In this document: positions 33,727 to 47,100 of the stretch, piece after piece
How positions within the stretch are numbered: the first letter of the stretch is position 1
Layout of the letters: every line of letters begins with the position of its first letter
IMG/VR virus record: IMGVR_UViG_3300042389_001478
Location: 1 to 64,000 of that record
Source: a virus
DNA length: 64,000 bases
Direction: 5' to 3' (one strand)
Program-made: the position numbers and the translations under genes
Notes under the pieces: model-generated
What the model was told of the DNA's origin: nothing
Seen by the model: the letters and a program-made list of their open reading frames with translations, nothing else
Database searches by the model: none

Positions 33727-34197
33727 ATGACAAAAGCATATAATAATTCACTACTAGCACGAAACATAAGCATCAGTGGTACCAATACTTCTGTTAGTGG
33801 GTTATTGTCTGCAACTAGTGGTAATTTTATTGATTCTTTGCAAGTTAATAATATTAATGTTAGCGTTAGTGGACATACTCATACATCATCTAATATTAGT
33901 GATTTTAACTCTTCAGTTAGTGGATTATTATCAGTAACTAATATCTCTGCTGGTTCTGGGATTAGTGTTAGCTCTAGTTCTGGTAATTATACAGTTAATA
34001 GTACTACTATATTAAGTTATGCTGCTACTAGTGGTTTTCCAGCTTCTGGAGTCTCAACATCATATTATTTAGCTAGTGATACTAGTAGATTATATCAATG
34101 GACAGGATCATATTATGCTGAAATAGGACCACCGATTGCAGGTGTTAATAATGCTCAAAATGCTGCTAATCTTTATCTATGGAACAACTTTAAATAG
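33727..34197 (+). CDS. short fibre-associated protein
   Basis: Contains the DFNSSVSGLL repeat shared with 21543. Confidence 0.7.
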   Translation: MTKAYNNSLLARNISISGTNTSVSGLLSATSGNFIDSLQVNNINVSVSGHTHTSSNISDFNSSVSGLLSVTNISAGSGISVSSSSGNYTVNSTTILSYAATSGFPASGVSTSYYLASDTSRLYQWTGSYYAEIGPPIAGVNNAQNAANLYLWNNFK

Positions 34198-34208
34198 GAG
34201 AATAAATT

Positions 34209-34592
34209 ATGGCCATCAGTCCCTCGTTTGCCGCAACACCAAGAATAGGAAATGTTAGTATAGCAACTGCTGAAGGTTCTTATACATCCCCAACAAATTT
34301 TGGCACTCTAATTACCGGAGCATCTACTGGAACACGAATAGCAGAAGTTATAGTAAAAAATGCTGCTACTAGTGCTGCTGCTATAGTACGTTTATTTTTA
34401 CATGATGGATCTACTTATTATCTTTTTGATGAATATACTATAGCCGCAGCTACAGGATCAAGTACTGTTCAGCAAACGCGAGTAAGCACACAATATAACA
34501 ATCTTATATTGCCAAACTCTTCTTGGACTCTAAGAGTAACAACATCAGTAGCTCAAACAACCCATGTTACTGCTTTAGGTGCTGATCTATGA
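34209..34592 (+). CDS. virion structural beta-sandwich protein
   Basis: 127 aa between fibre genes; Thr/Ala/Ser-rich beta pattern. Confidence 0.65.
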   Translation: MAISPSFAATPRIGNVSIATAEGSYTSPTNFGTLITGASTGTRIAEVIVKNAATSAAAIVRLFLHDGSTYYLFDEYTIAAATGSSTVQQTRVSTQYNNLILPNSSWTLRVTTSVAQTTHVTALGADL

Positions 34593-35473
34593 ATAATGGT
34601 ATTTATGGTTTTGGATCATCTTTAGTATCTTCTAGTCCATATGGGCCTTATGGAATTTCTGGTTCTTCATCTGTTATTGGAACAATAAGGTTATTAGTTG
34701 TTGGAGGTGGAGGAGCAGGAGGTTCCGCAACAGGCGGGGCGAGGACTGGGCCGGGAGGTGGTGGTGGTGGGACGATTGAGTCTTCTGTAGGTGTTGTTCT
34801 CGGTATCACATATACAGTACAAATTGGTGCTGGAGGAGCTATTAATAATTTTGGAAACTTGTCGAGATTTGGAGATTTTACTGCTGCTGGAGGTGGTTTC
34901 GGAACAACCACTGGTGGTGTTTACTATTCGTTAGCAACTGGTGCTGGTGGATTAGGAGGACGCTTTGCGTCAAATATTCCTTCGCAGGGTGCTGCGGGAG
35001 GTACCGGTGTTACTACGGCTGGTTCTGTGATTATTAGTGGAGGAGGAGGAGGAGCATCTCAAGGTGGAGATGCTACTACAACCATTGCCGGTTCTGGAGG
35101 TGCAGGTAGAACAGTTTCAGTATTAGCTGCCCAATCTTTTTTTGGAGGAGGAGGAGGTGCCGGTGCAAGTACAACTTCCGGCTCATTAGCTTCTGGTGGC
35201 GTTGGAGGAGCGGGCGGTGGAGGCAATGGTGCAACAGATTTGGTCGGATCCACAGCTGGATCACCAAATACCGGAGGTGGCGGAGGTGGTGGACGCGCTT
35301 CAGCATCGTCAAGCGCTGGAAGTTCTGGAGGGTCTGGTGTTGTGATTGTTCGTTGGAATTCTTCAACAATGAAAATTAATATAGGAGTAGGATTAACATT
35401 TACAACAACCACAGTAGGATCTGATACAATAGTTACCTTTACAGCAGGAACCGGAACAGTATCATGGAGTTAA
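34589..35473 (+). CDS. glycine-rich fibre domain protein 1
   Basis: LLVVGGGGAGG...GGGGGG...YTVQIGAGG...GGSGVVIVRW, typical phage Gly-rich domain. Confidence 0.85.
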   Translation: MNNGIYGFGSSLVSSSPYGPYGISGSSSVIGTIRLLVVGGGGAGGSATGGARTGPGGGGGGTIESSVGVVLGITYTVQIGAGGAINNFGNLSRFGDFTAAGGGFGTTTGGVYYSLATGAGGLGGRFASNIPSQGAAGGTGVTTAGSVIISGGGGGASQGGDATTTIAGSGGAGRTVSVLAAQSFFGGGGGAGASTTSGSLASGGVGGAGGGGNGATDLVGSTAGSPNTGGGGGGGRASASSSAGSSGGSGVVIVRWNSSTMKINIGVGLTFTTTTVGSDTIVTFTAGTGTVSWS

Positions 35474-35476
35474 TTT

Positions 35477-36394
35477 ATGCCATTTAATTTTCCAAATAAT
35501 CCAACAGTAAATCAATATTCTCGTCAAAATAATAGAGTATACCGATGGAATGGATATTCGTGGGATTTATTTGCTGATAATTTTTTACTTCGTGTGTTGT
35601 TGGTTGGTGGTGGAGCGGCTGGTGTTACTGCACAGGGAAGTGGCGCACGCCCTGGACCCGGAGGTGGTGGTGGCGGCGTGGTGGATCAGACCCTTGGCGT
35701 TCTACTTAACACATCATACTCCGTGACGATTGCTGCCGGTGGCTCTGTTGGAGCATTCCCCGGAAATAATAGTTTTTTTGCTGGTATCACTGCCGCAGGC
35801 GGTGGAACGGGTTCGACATCTAGCGTTGGCTTCTCGCTTGCTACAGGTGCCGGATATTTGTTCCTGACCAGCAACAGCAACGGAGGCACTCGCAATGCGT
35901 CCTACATCACGACGCAAGGATTTTCCGGTGGCCTTGGCCAATCAAACGGAAGGGCTGGTGGTGGTGGCGGTGGTTCTGGTGGACAAGGGGGTGACGCCAC
36001 TTCAACCGTTAGCGGTTCGGGCGGTATTGGTAGGTCTAGCGACATCACTGGATCGGCTGTTCTATACGGTCCCGGCGGTGGCTCTGGAGGCTACGTTGGA
36101 ACATCTTCTGCTGGTTCTGGTGGTAGCACTGGTGGAGGCAACGGGTCGCAGGATGTTGCGTCTGCGGGATCGGCAGGTGCGGCTAATACCGGAGGGGGAG
36201 GTGGTGGTGGAGCAAGTAATGGTACTACTTTCTCGGTTGGAGGAGCAGGGGGTAGTGGCGTTGTGATATTGCGATTTGATGCCATATTAAACATAACTCT
36301 TTCAGCGGGACTATCATACACTACAGCTTCTTTTGGAGCAGATACAATTGTTACAATTACAGCCGGTACAGGAACGGTTACATTTACAGTTTAA
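35477..36394 (+). CDS. glycine-rich fibre domain protein 2
   Basis: Paralog of the preceding gene plus FNFPNNPTVNQ N-terminal module. Confidence 0.85.
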   Translation: MPFNFPNNPTVNQYSRQNNRVYRWNGYSWDLFADNFLLRVLLVGGGAAGVTAQGSGARPGPGGGGGGVVDQTLGVLLNTSYSVTIAAGGSVGAFPGNNSFFAGITAAGGGTGSTSSVGFSLATGAGYLFLTSNSNGGTRNASYITTQGFSGGLGQSNGRAGGGGGGSGGQGGDATSTVSGSGGIGRSSDITGSAVLYGPGGGSGGYVGTSSAGSGGSTGGGNGSQDVASAGSAGAANTGGGGGGGASNGTTFSVGGAGGSGVVILRFDAILNITLSAGLSYTTASFGADTIVTITAGTGTVTFTV

Positions 36395-36408
36395 ATAGGA
36401 GAATAATT

Positions 36409-36723
36409 ATGGCTCATTATGCATTTTTAGACGAAAACAATATTGTTACTGAAGTTATAGTTGGTAAGAATGAAAACGAAGATGGTATTAATTGGGAAAA
36501 ACATTATGGAGAATTTAGAGGAAAAACTTGTAAACGAACTTCATATAATACCTCTGGTGGAGTTCACAACGGAGGTGGAATCCCATACCGAAAAAATTAT
36601 GCTGGAATAGGTTATGTTTTTAGAGAAGACATAAATGTCCCAGAAGGAGCTTTTGTTCCACCTTGTCCCGGTGACGAATATGTTTTAGATGAGACTACTG
36701 GATTATGGGTAATATTAAGTTAG
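36409..36723 (+). CDS. fibre assembly/chaperone-like protein
   Basis: MAHYAFLDENNIVTEVIVG...KRTSYN...KNYAGIG...FVPP family that commonly follows Gly-rich fibre genes. Confidence 0.65.
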   Translation: MAHYAFLDENNIVTEVIVGKNENEDGINWEKHYGEFRGKTCKRTSYNTSGGVHNGGGIPYRKNYAGIGYVFREDINVPEGAFVPPCPGDEYVLDETTGLWVILS

Positions 36724-36788
36724 CCCTTTAATTTTAAACGAATCAATTATTTTATAAAGTGTATATACCAACATAAGGACAAATTATT

Positions 36789-37070
36789 ATGCAACTAAAT
36801 AATAAAATCGCAATTACAGACCAATCTGGCTCGCCGCAGGAAATAGACCATCTTGATCTTGTGGTAGTGGATCTCAATGTCAGAAAAACCGTATTATGCC
36901 ACATAGAACCTTATCAAACCCCATTAATATTATGGAAAGATAAAGAATATGATGCTGTCGGTGATTATACTCAAGCACAGATAGAGAGCAGGGTTTTAGA
37001 AATTCTTGGAGACAATCCATCCATTGTTTTACAGGGCTTAATCTTCTCTAGACAGCCAATTCCTCATTAA
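36789..37070 (+). CDS. hypothetical protein
   Basis: 93 aa; GTGTATATA motif at 36759 upstream. Confidence 0.65.
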   Translation: MQLNNKIAITDQSGSPQEIDHLDLVVVDLNVRKTVLCHIEPYQTPLILWKDKEYDAVGDYTQAQIESRVLEILGDNPSIVLQGLIFSRQPIPH

Positions 37071-37085
37071 TTTAAAAGCCGGTTT

Positions 37086-37098
37086 GGGTGTATTAAAG
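37086..37098 (+). promoter_or_regulatory. candidate late promoter
   Basis: GGGTGTATTAAAG upstream of 37132. Confidence 0.55.
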
Positions 37099-37131
37099 AA
37101 CAGCCACCAATACCCATAAAAGGATCAAATT

Positions 37132-37647
37132 ATGAGCTGGTCTATTGAAATTCCAATTATTGTACGCACTTTAATTGATGACTATGCTGAAACCCCAGTT
37201 TTTAGTGATGAAAGACTACTACAAGCCATAGTCGTAGCAGCTAAATATGTTCAATTTGACGTATCTTTAGACAATAAATATGCCGTTAACGTAGTAACCC
37301 CAGACATCACCCCAGACCCGACAACATTAGATGACAGTATTTTCATCAGCCTGACCTCATTAAAGACAGCCTGCATAATTGATCAAAGTAATCTAAGAAC
37401 AAAAGCCGCCATGGAAGGCATTAGGGCTGCTTTGGGACCCATTAGTTTAAGTGTTGGTGGTAGTTTAGCTGGACTTAAAATGATCATAGAACAGGGCCCC
37501 TGTGCCGCATATGAAGAACTAACATCTCATTGGGATGTTAAAGAAGCCACAGCTATTAGAGCAGTATTTAGCCCATTTGTTGGCAACAAGTTTGATCCAC
37601 GATACATACAGAATCACGACTATCGATCAAGATACTTTTATTCATAA
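37132..37647 (+). CDS. head-tail adaptor-like protein
   Basis: IVRTLIDDY...FSDERL helical N-terminus typical of gp6/gp15-type adaptors. Confidence 0.6.
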   Translation: MSWSIEIPIIVRTLIDDYAETPVFSDERLLQAIVVAAKYVQFDVSLDNKYAVNVVTPDITPDPTTLDDSIFISLTSLKTACIIDQSNLRTKAAMEGIRAALGPISLSVGGSLAGLKMIIEQGPCAAYEELTSHWDVKEATAIRAVFSPFVGNKFDPRYIQNHDYRSRYFYS

Positions 37648-37662
37648 ATAAGGATTATTACC

Positions 37663-38106
37663 ATGCCAGCAGCTGACTATAATTTTACTATAGAAAAAGG
37701 CACAGCATTTGTTCTTGCATTTGAATATAGAGACGATAATAATATTCCAATTGACATTACCAATTGGTGTGCTAGAATAAGATGGATAGAAGATCAAAGT
37801 CCAGAACCAGTAATTAGAACATTCACCACTAATAATAGAACATCAGAATACGAATTCACCATAGACCCCAAAGTTGGCAAAATTGTATTAAGAATACCAG
37901 CATCACAAACAGTTGCCTATTCCTTTGGATCTGCTAGATACGATTTTGAGCTACAAGAACCAAATGATTTATATAGTGGTGGTGGTAAAAAAATATTTCG
38001 AATTCTTCAAGGAAGCGTATCATTACTTGCAAGAAATGTACCGGGAGACGATGCATTTGGTTGCGACACCAATGTACAAAATGATTGTGGAACATGTAGC
38101 TCATGA
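37663..38106 (+). CDS. fibre adaptor (BppU/LtfC-like), paralog 2
   Basis: YNFTIEKGTAF...IDITNWCAR...YDFELQ...ILQGSV. Confidence 0.6.
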   Translation: MPAADYNFTIEKGTAFVLAFEYRDDNNIPIDITNWCARIRWIEDQSPEPVIRTFTTNNRTSEYEFTIDPKVGKIVLRIPASQTVAYSFGSARYDFELQEPNDLYSGGGKKIFRILQGSVSLLARNVPGDDAFGCDTNVQNDCGTCSS

Positions 38107-41100
38107 GCATAGTACGAATAGAAGAAGAAATACAGCCATTAAAATATCTGGTTATAACACAAGAAAGAGACCCTGAAAGTGTTGTTTCTACCAATGTAAT
38201 TATATCTGATACTAGAGTAAATAGAGTCAATTTAATTTCTATAGAAAAAGGACCCCAAGGAGATACTGGACCACGAGGGGCTCAAGGACCAGCAGGAAAA
38301 GACGGAGCCTCTTTTGAAGTTTTGCCAATTAATAGTGGAGGAACCAATAACACTTCATTTAGTAGTGGTAATATAATATATTATGACGGACACAAGCTAT
38401 CTAGTTCTAACTATTCATTTCAAGATCTACTAAACAACTCTAACACTAATGCTGTTACTGGAGTTTTTGCCGGATCAGGGCTATACAGAGAACTAGCAAA
38501 TAATACCGCTACGCTAGGAATTAATGCTGGAGATGGACTTTCTATTAATGAAGATAACCAAATAATAGTAGATGATACCATTGTTCGTAAAGTCGAGCTG
38601 AGTATTGGAAATATTAGTGGTGTTGTTCCGATAGCTAAAGGAGGCACTAATAATCAAACCTTTAGTAGTAATAGGCTATTATATTATGATGGTTTTAAAA
38701 TAACATCATTTCCATTGGCTACTGGAAGAATACTATTAAGCGGAACAACAATAGACATAATTGCAGGATCAGGATTAACCGGAGGAGGATCTTTATCTTT
38801 GCCCAGCGGATCTGTGGTTCTAAATATTGGTGGATCATCAGACATTCTAGTAGAAAATAACGCCATCTCATTATCAACTACTGGAACACCAGGAACATAT
38901 TCTAGAATTACCACAGATGATAAAGGCAGAGTAGTCTCAGGAAGCAACCTAACAAGATCTGATATTATTAGTATTCTTGGATATACTCCTTGGCATCCAG
39001 GTAATGATGGACAAGACTCTGGATTAGACGCTGATTTGCTTGATGGTAGAGATAGCTCATATTTTACTAATGCAGCCAACTTAACTGGTCTTATAGATTC
39101 AAATATTATTCCATCGTCAGTCGAGCCCGGAGTTTATACAAAGCTTTATATTAATAACAAGGGTATGGTAACTCTTGGAGATAATATGAATTATGGAGAT
39201 GTTGTTTATTCTCTAGGATATCGTCCCGTAAGCACAGCCGGAGATACCATTAATGGACCAATAGAAATTAATGGAGATGCCAGTCTAAATGGAGATAATC
39301 TAACCATCAGAGACAATCTCCCTACGATAGGGACCAACTCTGCGTCAATACTTCCTAGCGACCCTAGGGGTTTTAGTTTTTTATATGGTGGATACACATC
39401 CAAAACTGGAATACTTGCATTTTTTCCAGCAGATAGAGAACTGAGACTCGTTACTAATATTAGTAGTGGCGGAGACTTGAGCGGAGGTGAAAATAGTTTT
39501 ATAGGAGATGTCGATGGCGGAGATCAAAATGCTTTGTATATTACTAATAATGTTAGTGGAGATATTAATGTTGTTCTATTAAGAAGTAAAGCTGATAGTC
39601 TTTACGTTAGCAGAACCGATACTCAGGTCATCAGTGGAGTCAAAACATTTGTTAATGGGGTGCAGGTTAGAGATCAGGTTGTGATTATACCGTCCGTTAA
39701 TCAATCCAACCCTCCTCTTAATGTTGGAAATAACTCCAGGATGGTAGATAGTCTCAATGTGGATTTATTACATGGACACAATGCAGATTATTTCAATAAC
39801 GCTAGCAACATGACCGGACTATTTACTTATACTAAAGTCCAATTTGATAATTTAGATGGGACACCAGACTATATTCCTCGTTTTGATAATAGAACCTCTA
39901 ACCCTAGTAGAACAATTAGTAATTCTATCATAAGACAAAAGTCGGACAACACGGCTATTATAATAGAAAATAATGCAAACTTATACGTTGGCTCATCAAA
40001 TAGTGGCTCGTTTTTATCTGACAGTTCTACGGCTGTTGGGCGTAATAATAAAATATATGAAGATAATAGTTTAGCTGTTGGCTATGGTAATGCTATTTCT
40101 GGACAAAATAGCGTAGCGCTAAATTATGGATCTAAGACTTTATCAGATACTTCTATCGCGGCCGGTAAATATGGAGAGACCTGGAATGAAAATCAATTAA
40201 GCTTCGGTGCTTTTTCTGAGTTTAATAATAGTCAAACCATTACTCACGGACAGTATTCAACTATTGCGCTAGGATTAAATAGTACAGAAACTAATGGAGC
40301 ATGGGCCACAATGTCTCCTAATGTCATTTTGCCCAAAGATAAAACTATCGCTTATTCATTAGAAGTATTAATGAATAAAGCAGCAGGTACCGGCGCGGCA
40401 TTTGTTGTATTTGATAGTGGGATTATCAAGAATACCACCTTCAGAAGTCCATCCAACCCCTCTCAGACCATCAATGTCACATCTTCTCTTAAAAATACCA
40501 CCAAAAAAGAAATTTATAACGATTCTCAACAAAGAAGACACTATTATCACTACAGACTAGCAAATATAACCATCATTCAAAATCTTGAAGTAACTGCGTC
40601 TCCTGTTAAAAATATAAGCGGAACTAGCGGTATTGCACAAAATATTAATTCAGAATATAAATATATACCAAAATTTATTAGCAGCATATCTAGCTATTCA
40701 AAGTCAAATGATGGCCATACTGTATTAAATATTCCTAAGCCCATATTTAGTGGATCATTTATACAAAATGAAAATGACTATAGAATCAAAATTAAATCAT
40801 ATGATCATAATATGGTCGCCGGATGTATGGCTAATCTGATGTTTTCATCAGGACTAGCCCGCAACCCAATTTCTAAAAAATATCAGGTTTTAGATATTAT
40901 TGATAAAGATAACTTTCGTGTTAGTGAAAATTTTGCTAGTGGATATCTAACAGATAACGAAATAACTATAGATCCACAGAGTATTTCATTGGTTGATGAG
41001 GCTAATTCTATAGTAATCTCTGGTGGATATCTATATACTAATTCACCAGATATGTATAATATGCCTATTAATGCTATGACCGTACTACATACTGGTATGA

Positions 41101-44100
41101 AAGTACGATTTAGGCCATATGAGTCCCTATATCCAAGCATCAACGAACAAACAGGGATTATTGTCGCATTAACAAATAGTAGCGTTACTTTTAATGTTCC
41201 TTTTACTGGGGTCTTTAATTCTTCTAGCGTCAACACCCCGTCCGTATTAAGGTTTAACTCATACACAGACCACACCTTGAGCTCTTGCTCAAAATTATAT
41301 CTAAGTATTGAAGGATATGGACAGCAGTCAGTCTTTAGAACCTCTGGATCATACCCAACAACATACTGTGGGCAGCCTACTATAGCTTTTAGAATTTCTG
41401 GGGTTCCACAAAACTTTAGTGGCAATCCCGTCAGAGTTTCTCCAGCATCACTAAATTCAGGACTAGTAAATCTACACAACAAAAGAAGTTTTGATGGATC
41501 GTATTCTAAATTAGCCACATCATTTAAAAAGTATGAAGGCATCTATACTCAATATCCATCTAATGATGGGACTAGCGTTTTAAGTATCTTTAACAAGAAC
41601 CTAGAGCACATAACCTTACCTTCTATGCCTTTTTCATATTCTTTGGTATGCGGCTATGGAGACACCGACAACAGCTTTTTTCGTGTTAGTGGGGATTATT
41701 TAGTTTCTAAGCAGGCATTTAATTTTGAAGAGCAAGCAACCCGCACTGTTAGAATTAGAACCACGGACATGTCTGGACAATTTTTAGAAAAATCTTTTAG
41801 AATCAATATATTAAATATGGATGAAAATCCACTATTAATAAATCCTATACAGGATCAATATTTAACAGTCGATGAATTATGGACTTTTTCAGTTCCGACA
41901 GACACTTTTAGCGACGAGGTTTTTTCGACATCTAAGTCTTATTCTGCTCTTTTGAGCGATAATTCTACGCTACCATCATGGCTTAGTTTTAACCCCAGCA
42001 CAAGAAGCTTTAGTGGAACTCCTTCATTATCTGATACTGGTGTCTTGTCTTTAAAAGTGAATGCTCTTTACTATGGCGGTCTATCAGCGCAGGATACTTT
42101 TAATATACATATTAATGAGCCAGGTTTAAACACCTTTGACTACAGCATTCAGTCTGTTGATGATGATAGTCCTCTAAAGATCACAAATCTTAATTTATCA
42201 CAAATTACAATACCAGAAAACATGCCTTCAGGATCAATCATAGGCAAACTAGACACAGCCGGAGGATATGCTCCCCATCTAATATTTCAAACGGCTTCGA
42301 ATAGTTTTAGCGGAGTACTGATCAACAATAGCAATATAATAAGCGAGTGCGCTTCATTTAGTGTGAATTATCCTACAACCACCTTGCTGGGTAGGCTGGA
42401 TACTATCTATACTGGAATGCCGCTGTCCGCATCGAATGGTCTGTCATCAGCCACAGTTACGGGAATTTTAGATTCTATAGTAGCAATCAATGGATACACA
42501 AGTAGTGGGTCAAATCGAGTTTGTGTTCCTAGCATGACATTTCCAGACCTACAATATATTTCCGGCATTCGGTTTGTTTCTTCTCTTTCTGGATGGAATA
42601 ATCAAGCAAGAGTCGCTAATACTGGGCAGAATTTTATCACATTTGATAGAACAGCTTTTAGCGGAAACACGGACTCTGCTTCAAATAAATTTAGCGGCGT
42701 ACTCATTAATAATAGCAACATAATAAGTGAGTGTGCTTCAGTACTTGGTAATCTAAATACTCTGGTTGTCGGAATGCCATTATCGACAAATAGCGACCTA
42801 TCATCAGCCGCAGTTACGGGAATTTTAGATAATATAGTAGAAATTGACGGATATGTAAGTAGTGGATCTTATTCCATTTCGGGTATAACTCCCCCAGATT
42901 TGCAATATATTTCCGGCGTTAGATTTGTATCTTCTCTTCCTGAATGGAATAACGAGGCTAGGGTTGTTAATACCGGAGAGAATTCTCTTATATTTGACGT
43001 TGCCTTTACTGGGACCGGAATTGATACGGCTATTACTGTAAATAATATTGGTAAGCGAATTCTTTTAGACACAAGATATCAAGGACAATCACTATCTGGA
43101 CTAATAACTTATACAGCTATTACTATAAATAATATTGGGAAGCGAATTCTTTTGGATACAACATATCAAGGAACATCACGATCCGGAATAATAACTTATA
43201 CAGCTGAACTTCCGAATGATGCTGAGTACTATCCAAGTGGATTACAATATTTCTCTCGGTCATCAATAGAAGGATGGTGCCCAACAACCATTTCAAAGTC
43301 TTATATTAAAGGATTTCAATCCGAAACCCCTCAATATGCACAATCAACTGGTCACTATGCTACCGGCATCGTATCCTTCTATACTAGTGCTGGATACAAC
43401 AGAATAACTATTAATACGAATGAATATACTAATATCGAACCCGATGAAGATAGTATCTTTATTAATTATTTAGATATAAATCTTGGAGACATTCCAACAG
43501 ATAAGCCATATTCTAGAATTAGTGGATATGACAATCCGTTGTCTTTTATGACACATAGCTTATCGTGGTATCCAGACTCTGGAGTGTTGGGAACAGGTAG
43601 ATTAATATTAAACTTAGATCAAAATCATGGCTATAAAATATTAGATCCCAAAATTTTAAATCAGATCCCCGTACGGTTCGATTCTTGCATTAATAACAAC
43701 AGCAATCGTAGACCCAAAGATAATTTATTTGATATTTTAGCTATTACTGGAAATAAAATAACCATAAAAGATAGTCAAAACTATTTACTAAAAGAAAATG
43801 GCAGACCCGACTATTTTGAACAGCCAATAAAAGCACAATATTCTACAAACGGTTTTCATTTTAGTGGTACAATAGTTAGTGGATCTAATTTATTATATGA
43901 TTGTAGTAGTAATAAAATTTATGATTTACAAAAAAATATGATTTTAGGGTCTTCTTCTTTTAGGGACTACCCACACGTAGTAAGGTTTGATTCTATAGTA
44001 TCGACCGGAACTACCTTCACCGCCACCCTGTATGGTGGACAAAGTATTTTAACGACGACCCCCGGACAACCCATATACATTAATCAGAAGCTATACTCTT

Positions 44101-47100
44101 CATTTCCTGGGTGGTCGGATAGACAAATATACGTAGTAGGTTATTCTTCAGACACAATATATTTATCTAGAGAAATAGACTGGATAAGCCAAGGAACTAG
44201 TGCTACGGCCACTTTCTATACTCTTCCAATATTAGCCGCTAATAAAGATTTCTGTATAGACGACGAAAGAAGAGAGAACAATAGAATTTTTTATAACGGG
44301 AATATTATTACTATAAATGATTTATCAACACCACGAGCATACCTAAACACAAATGATCAAATCAAGATTACTAAATTTAATGAACTAAATAGTTTTGATA
44401 CTAGTTCTGCAATTAGTCAATATGCGCAAATTTTAAGACTTAATGATAAAAAAACTTTATTTAGTGGCATAGCTATCAATGGTGCTAAAAATCTTGAGCC
44501 AATAGTTTTTAATAATCCACAAGATCCCTTAAGAAGAAATGAATATAGACATTCTGATAGTTTTGGATTAGATTGTAATACCGAACTCCCAAATACAGGA
44601 TCTCTGTCTTTTCTAGGGGCAGTATCAGGATATTGTAATATACCATTCTTTAATGGAATTTATTATCATTCATACGGAGGATTTACAGCACAGTGGCCCA
44701 TGGATCCAGACGGACATTTTATTTCAGCCCCAAAAACTGGAGTCTTTACGATAGGAGTAAGCTCCACTAGCTGTCAATCAGGGACTTTATGTATTAATAT
44801 TAGAACTTTTGAAAATACAGAGTTTGATAACATTACAGACATATTTAATAGAAGCATTATCGGACATACCAGTAATATAACCAGCGACAATAAAGGATAT
44901 GTGAGGCCCTGGGGAACAGATAAAAAGCTATATTTTGATTTTTCTGATGGAGCACCGGCTCTTAATGGGTCATACCACATAACTGATAAAATAGATACCA
45001 ATAACTTTACAATTACTGTACCATATAATTCTTCGTATCTCAACAGTAGTGGTTTGGTTTATATTATAGATAGTGACTATAATCTTAAAGCTAATAGAAA
45101 CCCAAATATAAACAATAGTTTTGTAATTCCAGAAGGATCTCTTAGCGTTTCTGGAAACCAGAGCCTGTTTGGTTTTAGTCTTGATTCGTATAATGACCAA
45201 TCTAAGAGATGGAAACATCTTATCAATCTTAGTAATTCAAGCCTATCTAAGTATAGTGGATACCCAGTAAAATTCCACAACCAGGTTAATAGTCAACTAT
45301 TATACTTAAACCCTAATCAAATTAATATTATAGGATTAGATTATTCATTAGATTTTGGTCAAACATACTCATCCATACTAGACAATCCTTCCCTGGACAT
45401 ATTATCAACTAATACACAACCTATTTATCTTAGAGTAACAACCAAAGAAGGCGCAGAACAATGGGCAGCTAGTATACCTAAAATAGCGCCCAAGATTAAT
45501 ATCCTTGGAATTGGTAGTTACACTATCGATAGCAGTAATTTAGTATATAATAATCTAAATAATACATGGCTAATTAATATTATTATTAATAATATAACAG
45601 ACGTTTTAATAGATAGAGATATTACTATTAGAGCTAGCGATGAAACAGGTTTTGATAGTATCACTAAAAACCTTCACTTCAAATTAATACCTGAAATTAG
45701 ATCACCATTGCCTTCATACGCATATTTGAATGGTTCAGATAGTTGGTCTTTAATATATGATGTAAAATATTTACCAGATCAACATCTTATCACAATGTCA
45801 GGCTTTCCCGGCCCAAACTTTAATACCGAAACTGTCTATCCTAATAGTAATACTCCCCTGCGTGTTTATGGATCTCCGGGGTCTATCTCTGGAATATATC
45901 GTCCGGTTTTACAGATCAGAGACTGGACAACCAGCGAGGTTTTAGCAACAAATACAGGAGAGATACACATATTGGGACCAGGGCAATCTGCTCCTCCTTA
46001 TCAATTAAATCCCATTGGGCTTGATGATGATATCTATTTAGACATAGATAATAATTCTAATTCTAGTTCTTTCTCTTTTTATGTTCCATCTAATACTAGC
46101 GCAAGCGAGACAAATTTAGTTGTAACACTAGGAGCTGATCAAAAATATAACAGCAATATATCATATGAATATAGTACAGTATCTAATAGGTACAAAGTCA
46201 CAGTTACTCTAGTTGGTAATACCGGATATTATCCGTCTAAAAATATTAGCGTATCCATATTTCAACCTGTTGTAGATGCAAATTCTAACACAACCTGGGT
46301 ACCACATACTTATAATAAAACGATTAATTTGACACTATACAAGCAATTTCAGATTAGCACATTAGAACTAACACTACCACTAGTATACGACAAACAACAG
46401 AAATGGTCTATTCAGTTCGCTTTAATAGAGGGAATATTAGCATATAGACCCGATATTCAACCAATAGTTAGACTAGGAAATCTACCAACAATAGGAACCT
46501 ATGAGACGCAGCCTCTAGAATATTCTTTAGCCTATAATTATGATGCTGTTAATCATAGATGGCATGTTATAGTGACAGGAAAAGAAGATATTTTTGGATA
46601 TACTACCGACAGACTAGGTCTTAAAGCTATTCAAGTATATGCCGAGGATGGTCTATCATTAGCTACAAAATCTGTTGATGTATTATTTACACAAACTCAA
46701 TATATGGATAATATACAACCAACAATATATTCTATACCAAATGAAGGCTATCAAAATACATTTGATATCAAACAAGCATCTGTTAATGTTTTTCCACAAG
46801 TTCAGATTCCTGTTGAATTAGCAGAAAACACAATTAATTTATCAAGATACTATCGTAAATATGATCCACAGTTTGGTTTATGGGAATATTCATATTATGG
46901 AGATCCTATTTTTGATAGGTGGGATATAGGACTTGATATTACTAATCTGAATTCAACACTATCCAGTAACCAATTTTCTAGACTAATAGTCAAATGTAAA
47001 GGCATTGCTACAGATAAAATACAGGCTGTTGGCAAGCTCAGTCTTGTTGAGCTGGATAGCTTTAGTCTTAATTCATTACCAATTAGTATTAGTGACATAA

